From positions 1,464 to 65,463 of the forward strand of contig JAJDCX010000016.1 of NCBI GenBank assembly GCA_029260615.1: a stretch of DNA of 64,000 bases, written 5' to 3'. The notes under the pieces are model-generated. The model was not told the origin of the DNA. It saw only the letters and a program-made list of their open reading frames with translations, and ran no database searches. Positions 26,796-36,128 of the stretch are shown piece after piece. The stretch is from Phycisphaeraceae bacterium. GTDB taxonomy: Bacteria > Planctomycetota > Phycisphaerae > Phycisphaerales > Phycisphaeraceae. The first letter of the stretch is position 1, and each line of letters begins with the position of its first letter. Position numbers and translations under genes: made by a program.

Positions 26796-28499
26796 CTACT
26801 TGGGTGTGCGGGGGTTGCTGCTTGTGGCGATCTGAGGCATGAGGGGTGTGGTGGGTTCGGTGAGTATCAGGGGGATGGTGAGGTGGAAGGTTGCGCCTTT
26901 GCCGGGGATGCTGTCGAGTGTGATTTGGCCTTGGAGGAGGTCGGCGAGTTCCTGGCTGATGGTGAGTCCCAGGCCGGTGCCGCCGTGTTCTTTGGTGACG
27001 CCGGGGTCGAGTTGGACGAATTTATCGAAGATGCGTTTTTGGTCTTCGTCGGGGATGCCTGGGCCGGTATCCTGGACGCTGATACGGATGTGCGTTGGGT
27101 CAGCCGGGTTTTTCGAGTGATCCCCATTCCCCCGGTTTCCCCAGGCTATCTCGGTGCCCCCGGTGCCGATGTGGATCGGTTGTGCCTGGACGGTGACCAT
27201 GCCCTGTGGCGGGGTGAATTTCACGGCGTTGGCGAGGAAGTTGAAGAGTATCTGTTGGAGTTTGCCTGCGTCGGTGTGGACCGGTGGTAGGTTGGGCTGG
27301 TTCTTTTGCTTGAGGGTGATGCCTTCTTTTTCGGCGAGGGGCTTGATGAGGTTTATCAGGCCTTCGAGTGTGTCGGTGATGCTGACCTGGACGACGCGCA
27401 GTTCCATGCGGCCGGCCTCGATCTTGGCGAGGTCAAGCAGGTCGTTGATGAGGTCCAGGAGTCGGCGGCTGGAGGTGATGATGTTGGCGGCGTAACGTCG
27501 GCGTTTTTCGTCCTTGGGGTCGTTCTTGCCGGCGAGGGCCTCGCCGAGCACTTCTGCGAAACCGATGATCGAGTTTAGGGGTGTGCGCAGCTCGTGGGAG
27601 ACGTTGGCGAGGAATTCGCCTTTGACTTTGTTTGCTTCGTAGAGTGCGACGTTGGATTCGGCGAGCTCACCGAGCTTGAGGTCCAGGCTCTTGTTGATGG
27701 AGCTGAGTTGGTCCTGGTTGCTCTTGAGGTTTTCGAGCATGGTGTTAAACATGTCCGAGAGGTTTTGGAACTCGTCGCCGGTGTTGATGTCCGAGCGTAT
27801 GTTCATGTCGCCCTGGGAGACCTTGGAGGCGTAGCCGTGGAGGAGTCTGACCGGCGAGAGGATGATGCGTGTGGTGATGAACCAGAAGGTGGCGATGGCG
27901 AGCAGGCCTGAGACCAGACCCGCGGTGACGAGGTAGATGATGTTGAGTGTGCGTTGCTTGGGCGCGTCTTCGTCACGGAGGTGGATAAGGAGGACCATTT
28001 CCAGAGGGTCGGTGAGTGCCGAGGTGCCGACGGCGGGGTTGAATCCTCCGGCGAGGCCGCCTTGGACCCGGGCGAGGTCTGACTTACGGATGGCGCGTGC
28101 GTAGCGGTAGTAGGTCTGCCCCTGTGCATCTTTGGCAGGGTTGAATAATTCCCGGCTGGCGGGCCGGGTCTGGAAGAGCTCGGTGGCCTGGGCGAAGAAA
28201 GGGTCTTTTTCCGCTTGGTAGTCGAAGCGGTCTTTGGGTATCAGTGAGACGGCCTTGGACACGCCGGGGGGTAGGCCGTCGGCGTCGTTCTGGATTTCGT
28301 TGAGTTCGCCACCGAATTTAATTTCGTCTGCGAGCCACCACTGTGCGAAGTCCTGAGCGCGTTGGTTTGGGCCGCGTTGGACCAGGGCTTGCATGCGCAG
28401 CGCGACGACTGCCAGTGCGGCGGTGAGGATCAAGACAACGGCAGCGCCGAACAACAACTGGCACTTGCTGGCGAGGCTGATCCGTAGGCGCTTGGGCAT
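26796..28499 (-). CDS. Sensor histidine kinase (periplasmic sensor - HAMP - HisKA - HATPase)
   Basis: Two TM helices flank a ~160-aa periplasmic domain. HAMP follows TM2. H-box SHELRTPLNSIIGFAEVL. N, G1 and G2 boxes (FNFLANAVKFT, DTGPGI, GGTGLGL). No response regulator adjacent. Confidence 0.85.
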   Translation of the reverse strand: MPKRLRISLASKCQLLFGAAVVLILTAALAVVALRMQALVQRGPNQRAQDFAQWWLADEIKFGGELNEIQNDADGLPPGVSKAVSLIPKDRFDYQAEKDPFFAQATELFQTRPASRELFNPAKDAQGQTYYRYARAIRKSDLARVQGGLAGGFNPAVGTSALTDPLEMVLLIHLRDEDAPKQRTLNIIYLVTAGLVSGLLAIATFWFITTRIILSPVRLLHGYASKVSQGDMNIRSDINTGDEFQNLSDMFNTMLENLKSNQDQLSSINKSLDLKLGELAESNVALYEANKVKGEFLANVSHELRTPLNSIIGFAEVLGEALAGKNDPKDEKRRRYAANIITSSRRLLDLINDLLDLAKIEAGRMELRVVQVSITDTLEGLINLIKPLAEKEGITLKQKNQPNLPPVHTDAGKLQQILFNFLANAVKFTPPQGMVTVQAQPIHIGTGGTEIAWGNRGNGDHSKNPADPTHIRISVQDTGPGIPDEDQKRIFDKFVQLDPGVTKEHGGTGLGLTISQELADLLQGQITLDSIPGKGATFHLTIPLILTEPTTPLMPQIATSSNPRTPK

Positions 28500-28505
28500 G
28501 GGGGT

Positions 28506-28511
28506 ATTCTA
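28506..28511 (-). promoter_or_regulatory. Candidate -10 box TAGAAT, 6 nt upstream of the histidine kinase ATG (predicted leaderless)
   Basis: Minus-sense gcTAGAAT-accccc-ATG. No SD sequence. Confidence 0.4.
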
Positions 28512-28587
28512 GCGGCTAACACCCGGGGTCAGGGTTACAAGAGGCTGGGTGGTTAGCACTCGTGAGCGGAATCTTGATATTGATGCT

Positions 28588-29196
28588 TCAGCCCGGTGGG
28601 AGGTCACTGATGTCGATGCCGGAGTCGTTTTGGGTTTCGGCGGCCACTTGTCGGCCTCGGTTGAGGCCTGGGCGTCGTCGGGAGTTACCCCGGGGCATGG
28701 CGATGACGCCCGTGCGTGCCAGCTCGACGATCCCGTAGGGGCGTGCCAATTCGGCGAAGGCTTCGACTTTTTCTTCTGAGCCGGAGAGCTCGATCATTAA
28801 TTGGTCTTCGCTGACATCGACGACCTTGGCGCGGAAGACCTTGGCGAGTTCGATCAACTCGTTGCGGTGGTGGCGGCCGCCGGGGTCTTTGCCTGCGGTG
28901 GTGACCTGGATAAGCATGAGGTCTCGCTCGACGAAGTCGACTTGCGAGTAGTCCACGACTTTGACGACGGGGACGAGTTTTTGCAGTTGCTTGCGGACCT
29001 GCTCGAGGACGGCTGCGTCGCCGTTGACGACAATGGTCATGCGAGAGAGTTCGGGGTTTTCGGTCCGGCCGACCACCAGGGAGTCGATGTTGAAGCCGCG
29101 GGCGGCGAACATGCCTGCGACTTGGGCGAGGACGCCGGGCTCGTTGGTGACCAGGGCGGCGATGACGTTGCGCATAATGGGGGTGGCGTTACTCAT
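28588..29196 (-). CDS. ilvH: Acetolactate synthase small (regulatory) subunit
   Basis: ACT domain N-terminus RNVIAALVTNEPGVLAQVAGMFAARGFNIDSLVVGRTENPELSRMTIVV is the canonical IlvH/IlvN signature. About 35-aa C-terminal extension. No large-subunit gene adjacent. Confidence 0.85.
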   Translation of the reverse strand: MSNATPIMRNVIAALVTNEPGVLAQVAGMFAARGFNIDSLVVGRTENPELSRMTIVVNGDAAVLEQVRKQLQKLVPVVKVVDYSQVDFVERDLMLIQVTTAGKDPGGRHHRNELIELAKVFRAKVVDVSEDQLMIELSGSEEKVEAFAELARPYGIVELARTGVIAMPRGNSRRRPGLNRGRQVAAETQNDSGIDISDLPPG

Positions 29197-29204
29197 AGCA
29201 GGGC

Positions 29205-29210
29205 ATCATA
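29205..29210 (-). promoter_or_regulatory. Candidate -10 box TATGAT, 8 nt upstream of the ilvH ATG
   Basis: Minus-sense cccTATGAT-gccctgct-ATG. Near-leaderless geometry. Confidence 0.3.
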
Positions 29211-29646
29211 GGGGGGGTTGAGTCGGAGCCCAAATTCAGTGGGTCGGTCGTGAAGGAGGGGGCGGGACGGGTCTCAGAGCGCAGAGCCCGGGGTTTGTGG
29301 AAAACGTGTGGGTTATATTGATTCGCCTCCTGTGGTCGATGCCGTGGGATCTTGTGCCGTGATGGGCGAGGTTGGCTTACGCTTGTGCTAAATCAGTAAA
29401 ACAATCTACAAGCCATTGGCTGGCAATAGATTACATCTTGATTGGGGTTTTTGTGAGCCAAAGAGGAAGCCTGATGGCAGAATAGTCTTTTATAATAAGC
29501 TGACCATGACCGGTTAATGTGGAAAAACACAACAAAAGCGTCTTTAAAGCCTCGCCTTTATGAGATTTAGGAGAGGTCTTTGTCAAGAGGCGACAAGTCG
29601 AGGCGAGTCATCTGGGGGAGGGCGGGCCCGTGGTGGGATACGCCAT

Positions 29647-31260
29647 TTAGTGGATGAATCGCATGTCGTCGAAGTTGGGGACGACGCGCATGCCTGTTTG
29701 GTTCCAGGCAAAGGGTGCGGGGAAGTAGACGAAGAAGGCCCGGCCCATCATGAGTTTGCCGGGGACGATGCCGTCGCGTGAGTTGTCATCCATCTCTTTA
29801 CCGAAGTATCGCTGGCGGACCCACAGGGCGCTTGGGCTGACATTTTCGCTGTTGTTTTTGATTGAGCCTGGGCTCCAGTACCGGCCATCATCGCTCAGGG
29901 GGTTGTTGTCGCCGATGCAGAAGAACTCATTGTCGTGAATCCGCATGGGGCGGATACGGCTTGCCAGGACGTTGCCCCGTGCGTCTCGGGCGAGGCCGCC
30001 TCGTGCGAGTGTTTGGTTGTTGTTGCTGGCGTAGTAGAGGTCGCGGTCCAGTTCCACGCGGTGGAGGGTGGCGGGGCCGCCGGACATGTTGATAGAGATG
30101 CTGGGCATCCTAAGTGGGCGGGGGCGGTTGATGAGTTGTTCGGAGGTGAGGTCGTCGGCGTAGAGGTATCGCAGTTCACGGCGGCCGTTGATCCAGATGC
30201 TCAGTTCCTGATCGACAGCCCAGAACTCGATGGGGGTGGACTGGCCGATCTTTAGGGCGGCGAGCTTGCGGCTCATGAGCTCGACGGGTTGGCCGGTCTC
30301 TGGGTCGTCTGCGGAGAGGGTGAGGGTGCCGTCGGCGTTGATCGTGGCGGTGACGGTCTGTGTTTCGTTTGTGAGTCGTGTCTGTGTGGAGAGGCTGATA
30401 GAGCTGTTGTCGGTCTCTGGCTGCAGGGCGACGGCCAGACGGATGTCTTCGATATCGTCGCTGAAGGCGGCTCGATCGTACTGGTTGTAGGGGTAGACTC
30501 CCGGCAGGGAGAAGTGGCTGCCTGGTCGGAAGTCAAAGGTGATTTGCCCGGGGTCGCCGCCTTGGTATTGGTAGCTGCGTCGGTTTTGAACGTCCCAATT
30601 GCCTGACTTAACGATCCAGGGGGTGGACCAGCGGTTTACGGCACTGCGTTCGCCTGGTCCCTTGAGGGCGCCGCCGTCCCGGGGGATGTACTGGCTGTGG
30701 TAGATGGGTTGCCAGACGGCCCGCTGGACCTTGGGCGAGTCGCTTTTGCGTGCGATGTTCCAGTTGGATTGGCCCTCGGGCTGCGTGTAGACATTGCCGT
30801 CCAGGAGTCTCAGGGACTCGTTGGGTAGGCCGACCAGGCGTTTGATGAAGTTGGTGTCGGGTATGTGTGGGGCCTTGAAGACCACCACGTCCCAGCGTCG
30901 AGGCTCGCTGAGGGTGTAGATGTACTTGTGCACGAGGATCCGGTCGCCGGGGAGTGGCCGTGCGTTTTTGGCCATGTCGATATCGTTGTGACACATGGGG
31001 CAGTCGGCCCCCCGGTTCCAGTTGTCTCTGGATTTGGTGTTGTAGTTGATCTTGAATTGGTAGCCGCACTGGTCACACTCGGCCCGGTAGTGTTCGCCTA
31101 AGAGGGTTGGGGCCATGGACCCGGTGGGGATGACAAAGGCCTCGACGACGTAGGCCCGGAAGACGAAGGCCAGGATGAAGGCGATGACGATGGACTCGAA
31201 GGTCTCTTTGATCGTCTCGTCGGGGGGCTGCTGTGCTGGGGCGGTGGTAGTTTGCTTCAC
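29647..31260 (-). CDS. lepB: Signal peptidase I (enlarged, with inserted CxxC...CxxC zinc ribbon)
   Basis: GTG start. TM helix, Ser box IPTGSMAPTLLG, Lys box FIKRLVGLPNE, C-terminal box FFCIGDNNPLSDDGRYW. CDQC...CPMC (nt 30991-31077) lies between the Ser box and box C. 537 aa. Confidence 0.85.
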   Translation of the reverse strand: MKQTTTAPAQQPPDETIKETFESIVIAFILAFVFRAYVVEAFVIPTGSMAPTLLGEHYRAECDQCGYQFKINYNTKSRDNWNRGADCPMCHNDIDMAKNARPLPGDRILVHKYIYTLSEPRRWDVVVFKAPHIPDTNFIKRLVGLPNESLRLLDGNVYTQPEGQSNWNIARKSDSPKVQRAVWQPIYHSQYIPRDGGALKGPGERSAVNRWSTPWIVKSGNWDVQNRRSYQYQGGDPGQITFDFRPGSHFSLPGVYPYNQYDRAAFSDDIEDIRLAVALQPETDNSSISLSTQTRLTNETQTVTATINADGTLTLSADDPETGQPVELMSRKLAALKIGQSTPIEFWAVDQELSIWINGRRELRYLYADDLTSEQLINRPRPLRMPSISINMSGGPATLHRVELDRDLYYASNNNQTLARGGLARDARGNVLASRIRPMRIHDNEFFCIGDNNPLSDDGRYWSPGSIKNNSENVSPSALWVRQRYFGKEMDDNSRDGIVPGKLMMGRAFFVYFPAPFAWNQTGMRVVPNFDDMRFIH

Positions 31261-31503
31261 AGGTGGGCTGGCCCTACTCTTTGTGCTTGAAATCGGCGGG
31301 TCTGAAAAGGTCCGCCGGGGCCGTACCCAGGCGTGGGTTGGGACGATTGTAACGGCATCTGTCGGGTGTTGCCGACGATGAAACCAGCACCGGGATACAC
31401 CCCCGGATGTTCCCAGATATATCTCCGGACACGCCCACAGGTTTTTCGGCTCACGGATGCAACGGCCTCCACACTACGGACCCATACGAGCAGAAGCAGA
31501 CCC

Positions 31504-32937
31504 ATGTTCACCCCGTTCTCCGCACAGTTCTTCGTCAGTTTGGTCCTGATCGCTATTGTCTCGCACATGATCCTTGGGGCGTGTGCGTACCTGATCTTCC
31601 TTGAGCGGAAGGTGGCGGCGTGGACGCAGGACCGGATCGGGCCCAACCGCACGAACTTCTCGTTTGGCCAGGACAATATCTGGCGTGGGCTTAAGCTGAA
31701 CTTCATGAACACCAGGTTCTTCTTCGGGCTGGGCCAGGCGTTGGCGGACGGGATCAAGCTGTTGGTGAAGGAAGACTACACGCCGCCGCATGTGGACCGG
31801 ATCTTGTTCTGCCTGGCACCGGTGCTGATGGTGATCCCCGCGATGATCGGGTGGGCGGTGGTGCCCTGGGGCGGGCTGTATGATTTCCCAGGGCTGTATT
31901 TACCCGTCTATGAAAATGTATGGATCATTGGTTCGGCCCTTCAATGGTTTGAAACGGTTTGGCTCATCGGGCCAATATTCTCATTCTTTAACGGGCTTCA
32001 CGTCGCCCAAGCTGGCCGGGTCATCGTGACGGTGGCACCGATCAGCATCGGGGTGATCTTCATGCTCGCGGTGTCTTCCCTGGGTGTGTACGGCGTGGTG
32101 ATCGCGGCGTATGCCTCAAACAACAAGTACTCGTTCCTGGGCGGACTACGTGCGACCGCACAGATGCTCAGCTACGAGATCCCGATGGGGGTATGTGTGC
32201 TGGTGGCGATCCTGTGCTTTAAGAGCAGCGACACGACCGTGATCGTCGCCCAGCAGGCGGGGGGGGCGTGGGGGATTTTCATGCACCCCTTGCTGGCGGT
32301 CATCTTCTTCACCTGTGTGTTGGCGGAGACGAACCGGGCACCGTTTGACCTGGCGGAGGCGGAACAGGAACTGGTCGGCGGGTTCCATACCGAGTACAGC
32401 TCGATGAAGTGGGCGCTGTTCTTCCTGGCTGAATACATGCACATGATCGCAGGCTCGGCGTTCTTTACGATCCTGTTCCTGGGCGGCTGGGATATCCTGC
32501 CGTTCATGGGGGTTCACCTCCTGCCGGAGGTCGCAGGGGCTGGGGGGCAGGCTTGGTGGGTGGCGTTGCTGATCGTGTTTATCAAGTTCAACGTGTTCGT
32601 CGGGAAGATCACACTACTGCTCTTCATCATGATGTGGATACGCTGGACGCTGCCGCGGTTCAGGTTCGATCAACTGATGAAGCTGGCGTGGCGCGGGCTG
32701 ATCCCGATCACCTTGGCGGTGATGGTGGCGACCGGCATCCTGGTCTTTTTGAAGTTTGATATCGCCACCTACTGGTGGGTCTACACGCTGGTGGATGTGG
32801 TAATCGGTGTGGGTGCCGCGGCGGTGGGCCCCTACATGCCCGGGCGCAGCGTCAACAAGCGTATCCCACTGGAAGGTTCACGCTTCTGCCCGCTGCCCAC
32901 GCCCCCGCCCCCGGGGGCCGCCGTCAGCGGGAACTAA
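31504..32937 (+). CDS. nuoH: NADH-quinone oxidoreductase subunit H (isolated gene, with insertions)
   Basis: LERKVAAWTQDRIGPNR, ADGIKLLVKED, SSLGVYGVVIAAYASNNKYSFLGGLRA, ETNRAPFDLAEAEQELVGGFHTEYS and RWTLPRFRFDQLM are the NuoH/ND1 landmarks. 477 aa from the ATG at 31504, longer than typical NuoH as I recall it. Confidence 0.9.
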   Translation: MFTPFSAQFFVSLVLIAIVSHMILGACAYLIFLERKVAAWTQDRIGPNRTNFSFGQDNIWRGLKLNFMNTRFFFGLGQALADGIKLLVKEDYTPPHVDRILFCLAPVLMVIPAMIGWAVVPWGGLYDFPGLYLPVYENVWIIGSALQWFETVWLIGPIFSFFNGLHVAQAGRVIVTVAPISIGVIFMLAVSSLGVYGVVIAAYASNNKYSFLGGLRATAQMLSYEIPMGVCVLVAILCFKSSDTTVIVAQQAGGAWGIFMHPLLAVIFFTCVLAETNRAPFDLAEAEQELVGGFHTEYSSMKWALFFLAEYMHMIAGSAFFTILFLGGWDILPFMGVHLLPEVAGAGGQAWWVALLIVFIKFNVFVGKITLLLFIMMWIRWTLPRFRFDQLMKLAWRGLIPITLAVMVATGILVFLKFDIATYWWVYTLVDVVIGVGAAAVGPYMPGRSVNKRIPLEGSRFCPLPTPPPPGAAVSGN

Positions 32938-33054
32938 CGCATTTTCAATTGTGTGGTGGCGCTGCTTTAGTCACAGGGGTCGATATATATCCGCAAACAC
33001 CGCCTATCCGCGAGGTGCTGTAACCAGATATCTCGGGGATTTTGAGGGTGAGGC

Positions 33055-33621
33055 TTACTCGCCGTCGGGCTTGTCTTGGCGGTAGAGGTCCAGGTAGAAC
33101 TCTAAGAGGTCTTTGCCGTGCATGCTCTTGGTGCGTGTGTGTTGGAAGCCGACGTTGTCGAACATGCCCACCGCGGTGTCGCGTTCGAAGCGGGTATCCA
33201 GTCGGACCTTAAGGTAGCCGTGGTGCTTGCAGTGTGTGATGGCGGTTTCTAAGAGTGTCGAGGCTATCGCCGTCTGCTGGTGGTCGGGGTTGACGCGGAG
33301 CCGGCGTATTTCTGCGGTGTGCAGCTCGTCGCTGGCGACCCCGATCATGGCGACGATCTGGCCGTCGATCTCGGCGACCCAGAAGTGGTGGCGCTCGTTG
33401 TCGAAGTAGGCTTCTCGCATGTTGTCGATGTCGGCACCGGAGTCGTTTGGGGCGATCTGGCCCGCCAGGAGCCCCTGGTCATACAGCTGCGAGACAGCCT
33501 GCTGGTCATTGGATTCAAACGACCGCACGGTCAGGCCGGGCATCGAGGTGTCTGAGTGTGGCTCGGTCATTGCTTGGGGTCTTGTCCGTCGGGGGCACCG
33601 GGGGTGCTGCGATTGAGGCAC
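33055..33621 (-). CDS. GNAT family N-acetyltransferase
   Basis: Motif A region EIRRLRVNPDHQQTAIASTLLETAITHCKHHGY. A start at the internal ATG (33570) is possible. Confidence 0.7.
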   Translation of the reverse strand: MPQSQHPRCPRRTRPQAMTEPHSDTSMPGLTVRSFESNDQQAVSQLYDQGLLAGQIAPNDSGADIDNMREAYFDNERHHFWVAEIDGQIVAMIGVASDELHTAEIRRLRVNPDHQQTAIASTLLETAITHCKHHGYLKVRLDTRFERDTAVGMFDNVGFQHTRTKSMHGKDLLEFYLDLYRQDKPDGE

Positions 33622-33698
33622 CGGGTGTTACTGCAGGTGCCGGGGTTTGCGGTTGGATGAGTCGTTTCAGTGTAGCCCATTTTAACACCCCGCGCTCT

Positions 33699-34244
33699 TC
33701 AACGGGCGGGGATTGTCAGGAATGTCAGATCGTCGGCCTGTGTATCCAATACGGCCACAGTGTAGCGGTGTGCCCGGCACAAGGCACCGGGGTTGATGAC
33801 CCGTGTGCAGCCGCTGCGTGTGTCCGATGCCTGGTGGGTGTGGCCGTGGCAGAGGTAGCGTGCCTCTTGTGCCAGTGCCTGGGTCATGACTTGGGGTTGG
33901 TGGCCGTGGCAGAAAACCAGTTCGCCGGAATCGGGGGCAACTCCGGGGGTAACTCCGGGGGTCAGGTCGAGGCGTCCGACGGGGTGGTCTACCTGGATGC
34001 CCAAAGTCTTGGCGTACTTTTCCAGGGGCTCGGCGTCCCAATCGGAGTTCCCAAAGACCAGCCGGGCGGGGACACGAGCGGCTGTGTTGGGTTGATGGAC
34101 AGCCAACTCGTCGATGACCTCGACGCTGCCGACATCACCCAGATGGATCAGCACGTCGATACCGCAGGCCAGCAACGCCTGGACGCCCAGCCGCGTGGTC
34201 ACGGCACGCCCGTGTGAGTCAGACAGCAGACCGAACCTTGGCAA
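33699..34244 (-). CDS. YfcE/MJ0936-type metallophosphoesterase
   Basis: TTG start. LLSDSHG, HLGDVGS, GNSD and HGHTH metal-binding boxes. TAATAT and GGAGA lie upstream. Confidence 0.75.
   Translation of the reverse strand: MPRFGLLSDSHGRAVTTRLGVQALLACGIDVLIHLGDVGSVEVIDELAVHQPNTAARVPARLVFGNSDWDAEPLEKYAKTLGIQVDHPVGRLDLTPGVTPGVAPDSGELVFCHGHQPQVMTQALAQEARYLCHGHTHQASDTRSGCTRVINPGALCRAHRYTVAVLDTQADDLTFLTIPAR
33939..33962. repeat. Perfect 12-nt tandem duplication (AACTCCGGGGGT x2) inside the phosphoesterase gene
   Basis: 33939-33950 equals 33951-33962. In frame, giving TPGV-TPGV in the protein. Confidence 0.9.
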
Positions 34245-34420
34245 TACGCAATCTCCACATCTATATTAGTACACAAACCGACCTTCCAGCCGAGTGTACC
34301 TGACCGGCCCGGGCTGGCAAACCCTCGATCGGGCACATCAGGCTCCGCATTTTCACCGACACGATCAGCGGCTATGCTTCTGGCCTATGTGACCGGCAAG
34401 CCATCCCAAGAGATCGATCC

Positions 34421-35230
34421 ATGACGGACATACTGGCCCGCATTGTGGCAGACAAAAAAGAAGAGGTGGCGGCGTCTCAGGTGGTTGCTCCATTGGAGGA
34501 ACTCAAGGCACACGCTAGCGACGCCGAGCCGCCCAGGAATTTCTTCGCCGCGGTGACTCGGCCCAAGGGTGAGCTGCGTGTGATCGCCGAGGTCAAGAAA
34601 GCCAGCCCCTCCGCCGGGTTGATCCGAGAGGACTTCGACCCCGTTGCGATTGCCAAGGCCTATCACGGTGCGGGTGCGGCCGCGATCAGTTGCCTCACCG
34701 ATGAGAAGTATTTCCAGGGCTCGCTCGACTACATCGCTCAGATCAAAGAGGCGGTCCCGCTGCCGGTGCTGCGTAAAGACTTCATCATCGACCCGTACCA
34801 GGTCTACCAGGCCCGCGCCGCCGGCGCCGACGCGATCCTCTTGATCGCCGAGTGTCTTGGCGAGCCGCAGTTGATCGACCTGTTGATCCTGGCGACCGAG
34901 TTGAAGATGACCGTGCTGTTGGAGGTCCACGACTACGAGAGCCTGATCCAGGTCAAGAGCCACGTCGGCTTCCCCCACCCCGGCTACCAGCTATTGGGGA
35001 TCAACAATCGTGACCTCAAGACGATGACGACCGATCTGAGTCACACGCTCAAATTAATTAAGGATGTGCCCGACATCGACATCCTCGTCAGCGAGTCGGG
35101 GATCAAGACCCACGACGACATCAAACGATTGCAAGAGGCCGGCATCCACCGCGTCCTCGTCGGCGAACACCTGATGCGGCAAGCGGATATTGGGAAGGCG
35201 CTGCGGGCGTTAATGGGTGTTGGGGAGTAG
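34421..35230 (+). CDS. trpC: Indole-3-glycerol phosphate synthase
   Basis: ILARIVADKKEEV, IAEVKKASPSAGLIR, LPVLRKDFIIDPYQV and LLEVH match TrpC landmarks. Confidence 0.9.
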   Translation: MTDILARIVADKKEEVAASQVVAPLEELKAHASDAEPPRNFFAAVTRPKGELRVIAEVKKASPSAGLIREDFDPVAIAKAYHGAGAAAISCLTDEKYFQGSLDYIAQIKEAVPLPVLRKDFIIDPYQVYQARAAGADAILLIAECLGEPQLIDLLILATELKMTVLLEVHDYESLIQVKSHVGFPHPGYQLLGINNRDLKTMTTDLSHTLKLIKDVPDIDILVSESGIKTHDDIKRLQEAGIHRVLVGEHLMRQADIGKALRALMGVGE

Positions 35231-35264
35231 GTTTTGTAGTACCTATTACGGGTTGCCTGACAAA

Positions 35265-36128
35265 TCAATCGATCTTTTTAGCTGTAGTGATTAAGCCCTG
35301 ATTATCGCGGATCTGTAGATTGCCTCGGCCATCAATTATCCAATGATCCCCGGTGTATGAAGCTATTGCCATGTTATAACGTTGGCCGATGGAGGATGGT
35401 TTCTCAAGTAGCTCCTCGGTGAGGGCGCTGCCATCTTTGAACGTCTGTTCGAAATAGACCTTTCCGCTATCACGGAAGATCGTAATACGGCCCCCAACAA
35501 ACGGACTCGAGTCCAACCACCGCCCTATAACCTCACGACTGTCGTGAGCAGGTTCTTTAGCGAGCATCTTCTCGGCTTCGGCAGTAAGCCCCAATACACG
35601 CACTTCCAGCTTGGGGTTGAAATGCGTGGTCGCCCATGCCCCGGCACCCACTGCCATATCTGGCAGGTAGTACGCAATGAAGGTCCGCTCGAAATCGCGT
35701 GGTTCATCGGCTTTCAGTTTGATCGCTATCGCACGAAGTGTTTCTTCGGAAACCGTTTTGTTTAACCGGATGTCAAGGCTCCGTTTGATCCCTGGCACGG
35801 TGTTTGTATCGATGGTCGTGAACGAAACATCGTCGGGTATGGCTGGGCCCTGATCAGTTGCCTGTTCTGGGGATGTCTCCGCAGGTGCTGGCGGTCGCTT
35901 CGCGGAAGAATTACGGGAATTTGGAGGCGGTAGGGATCCGTCAAAAGTGAGAACTCCCGTGCACACAACAGCAAACACGCCGAATATGATTATTGCAAGG
36001 CAACCCGTCAGAACACTCGTTCGCTTCTTAATGGGGGCGCCACACGACGGACAGGTTTTCGCTTTGGTGCTAACCTTGTTGCCGCATTCTTTACATTTGC
36101 AAAGTGCCACATGTCCCCCTGTAAGCAA
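35265..36128 (-). CDS. Hypothetical membrane-anchored protein with N-terminal zinc ribbon
   Basis: CKCKECGNKVSTKAKTCPSCGAP zinc ribbon, one TM helix (LTGCLAIIIFGVFAVVCTGVL), a Pro/Ser-rich linker, and a ~190-aa domain with no motif I recognise. Visibly AT-richer than neighbours. TTG start is uncertain. Confidence 0.5.
   Translation of the reverse strand: MLTGGHVALCKCKECGNKVSTKAKTCPSCGAPIKKRTSVLTGCLAIIIFGVFAVVCTGVLTFDGSLPPPNSRNSSAKRPPAPAETSPEQATDQGPAIPDDVSFTTIDTNTVPGIKRSLDIRLNKTVSEETLRAIAIKLKADEPRDFERTFIAYYLPDMAVGAGAWATTHFNPKLEVRVLGLTAEAEKMLAKEPAHDSREVIGRWLDSSPFVGGRITIFRDSGKVYFEQTFKDGSALTEELLEKPSSIGQRYNMAIASYTGDHWIIDGRGNLQIRDNQGLITTAKKID

Noticed and set aside
33447-34217. 256-aa ORF on the + strand spanning the GNAT / phosphoesterase region
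   Set aside because: It is antisense to two well-supported minus-strand genes. The translation is Gly/Ala/Arg/Val-rich with no motif. This is the typical spurious long ORF of high-GC DNA.
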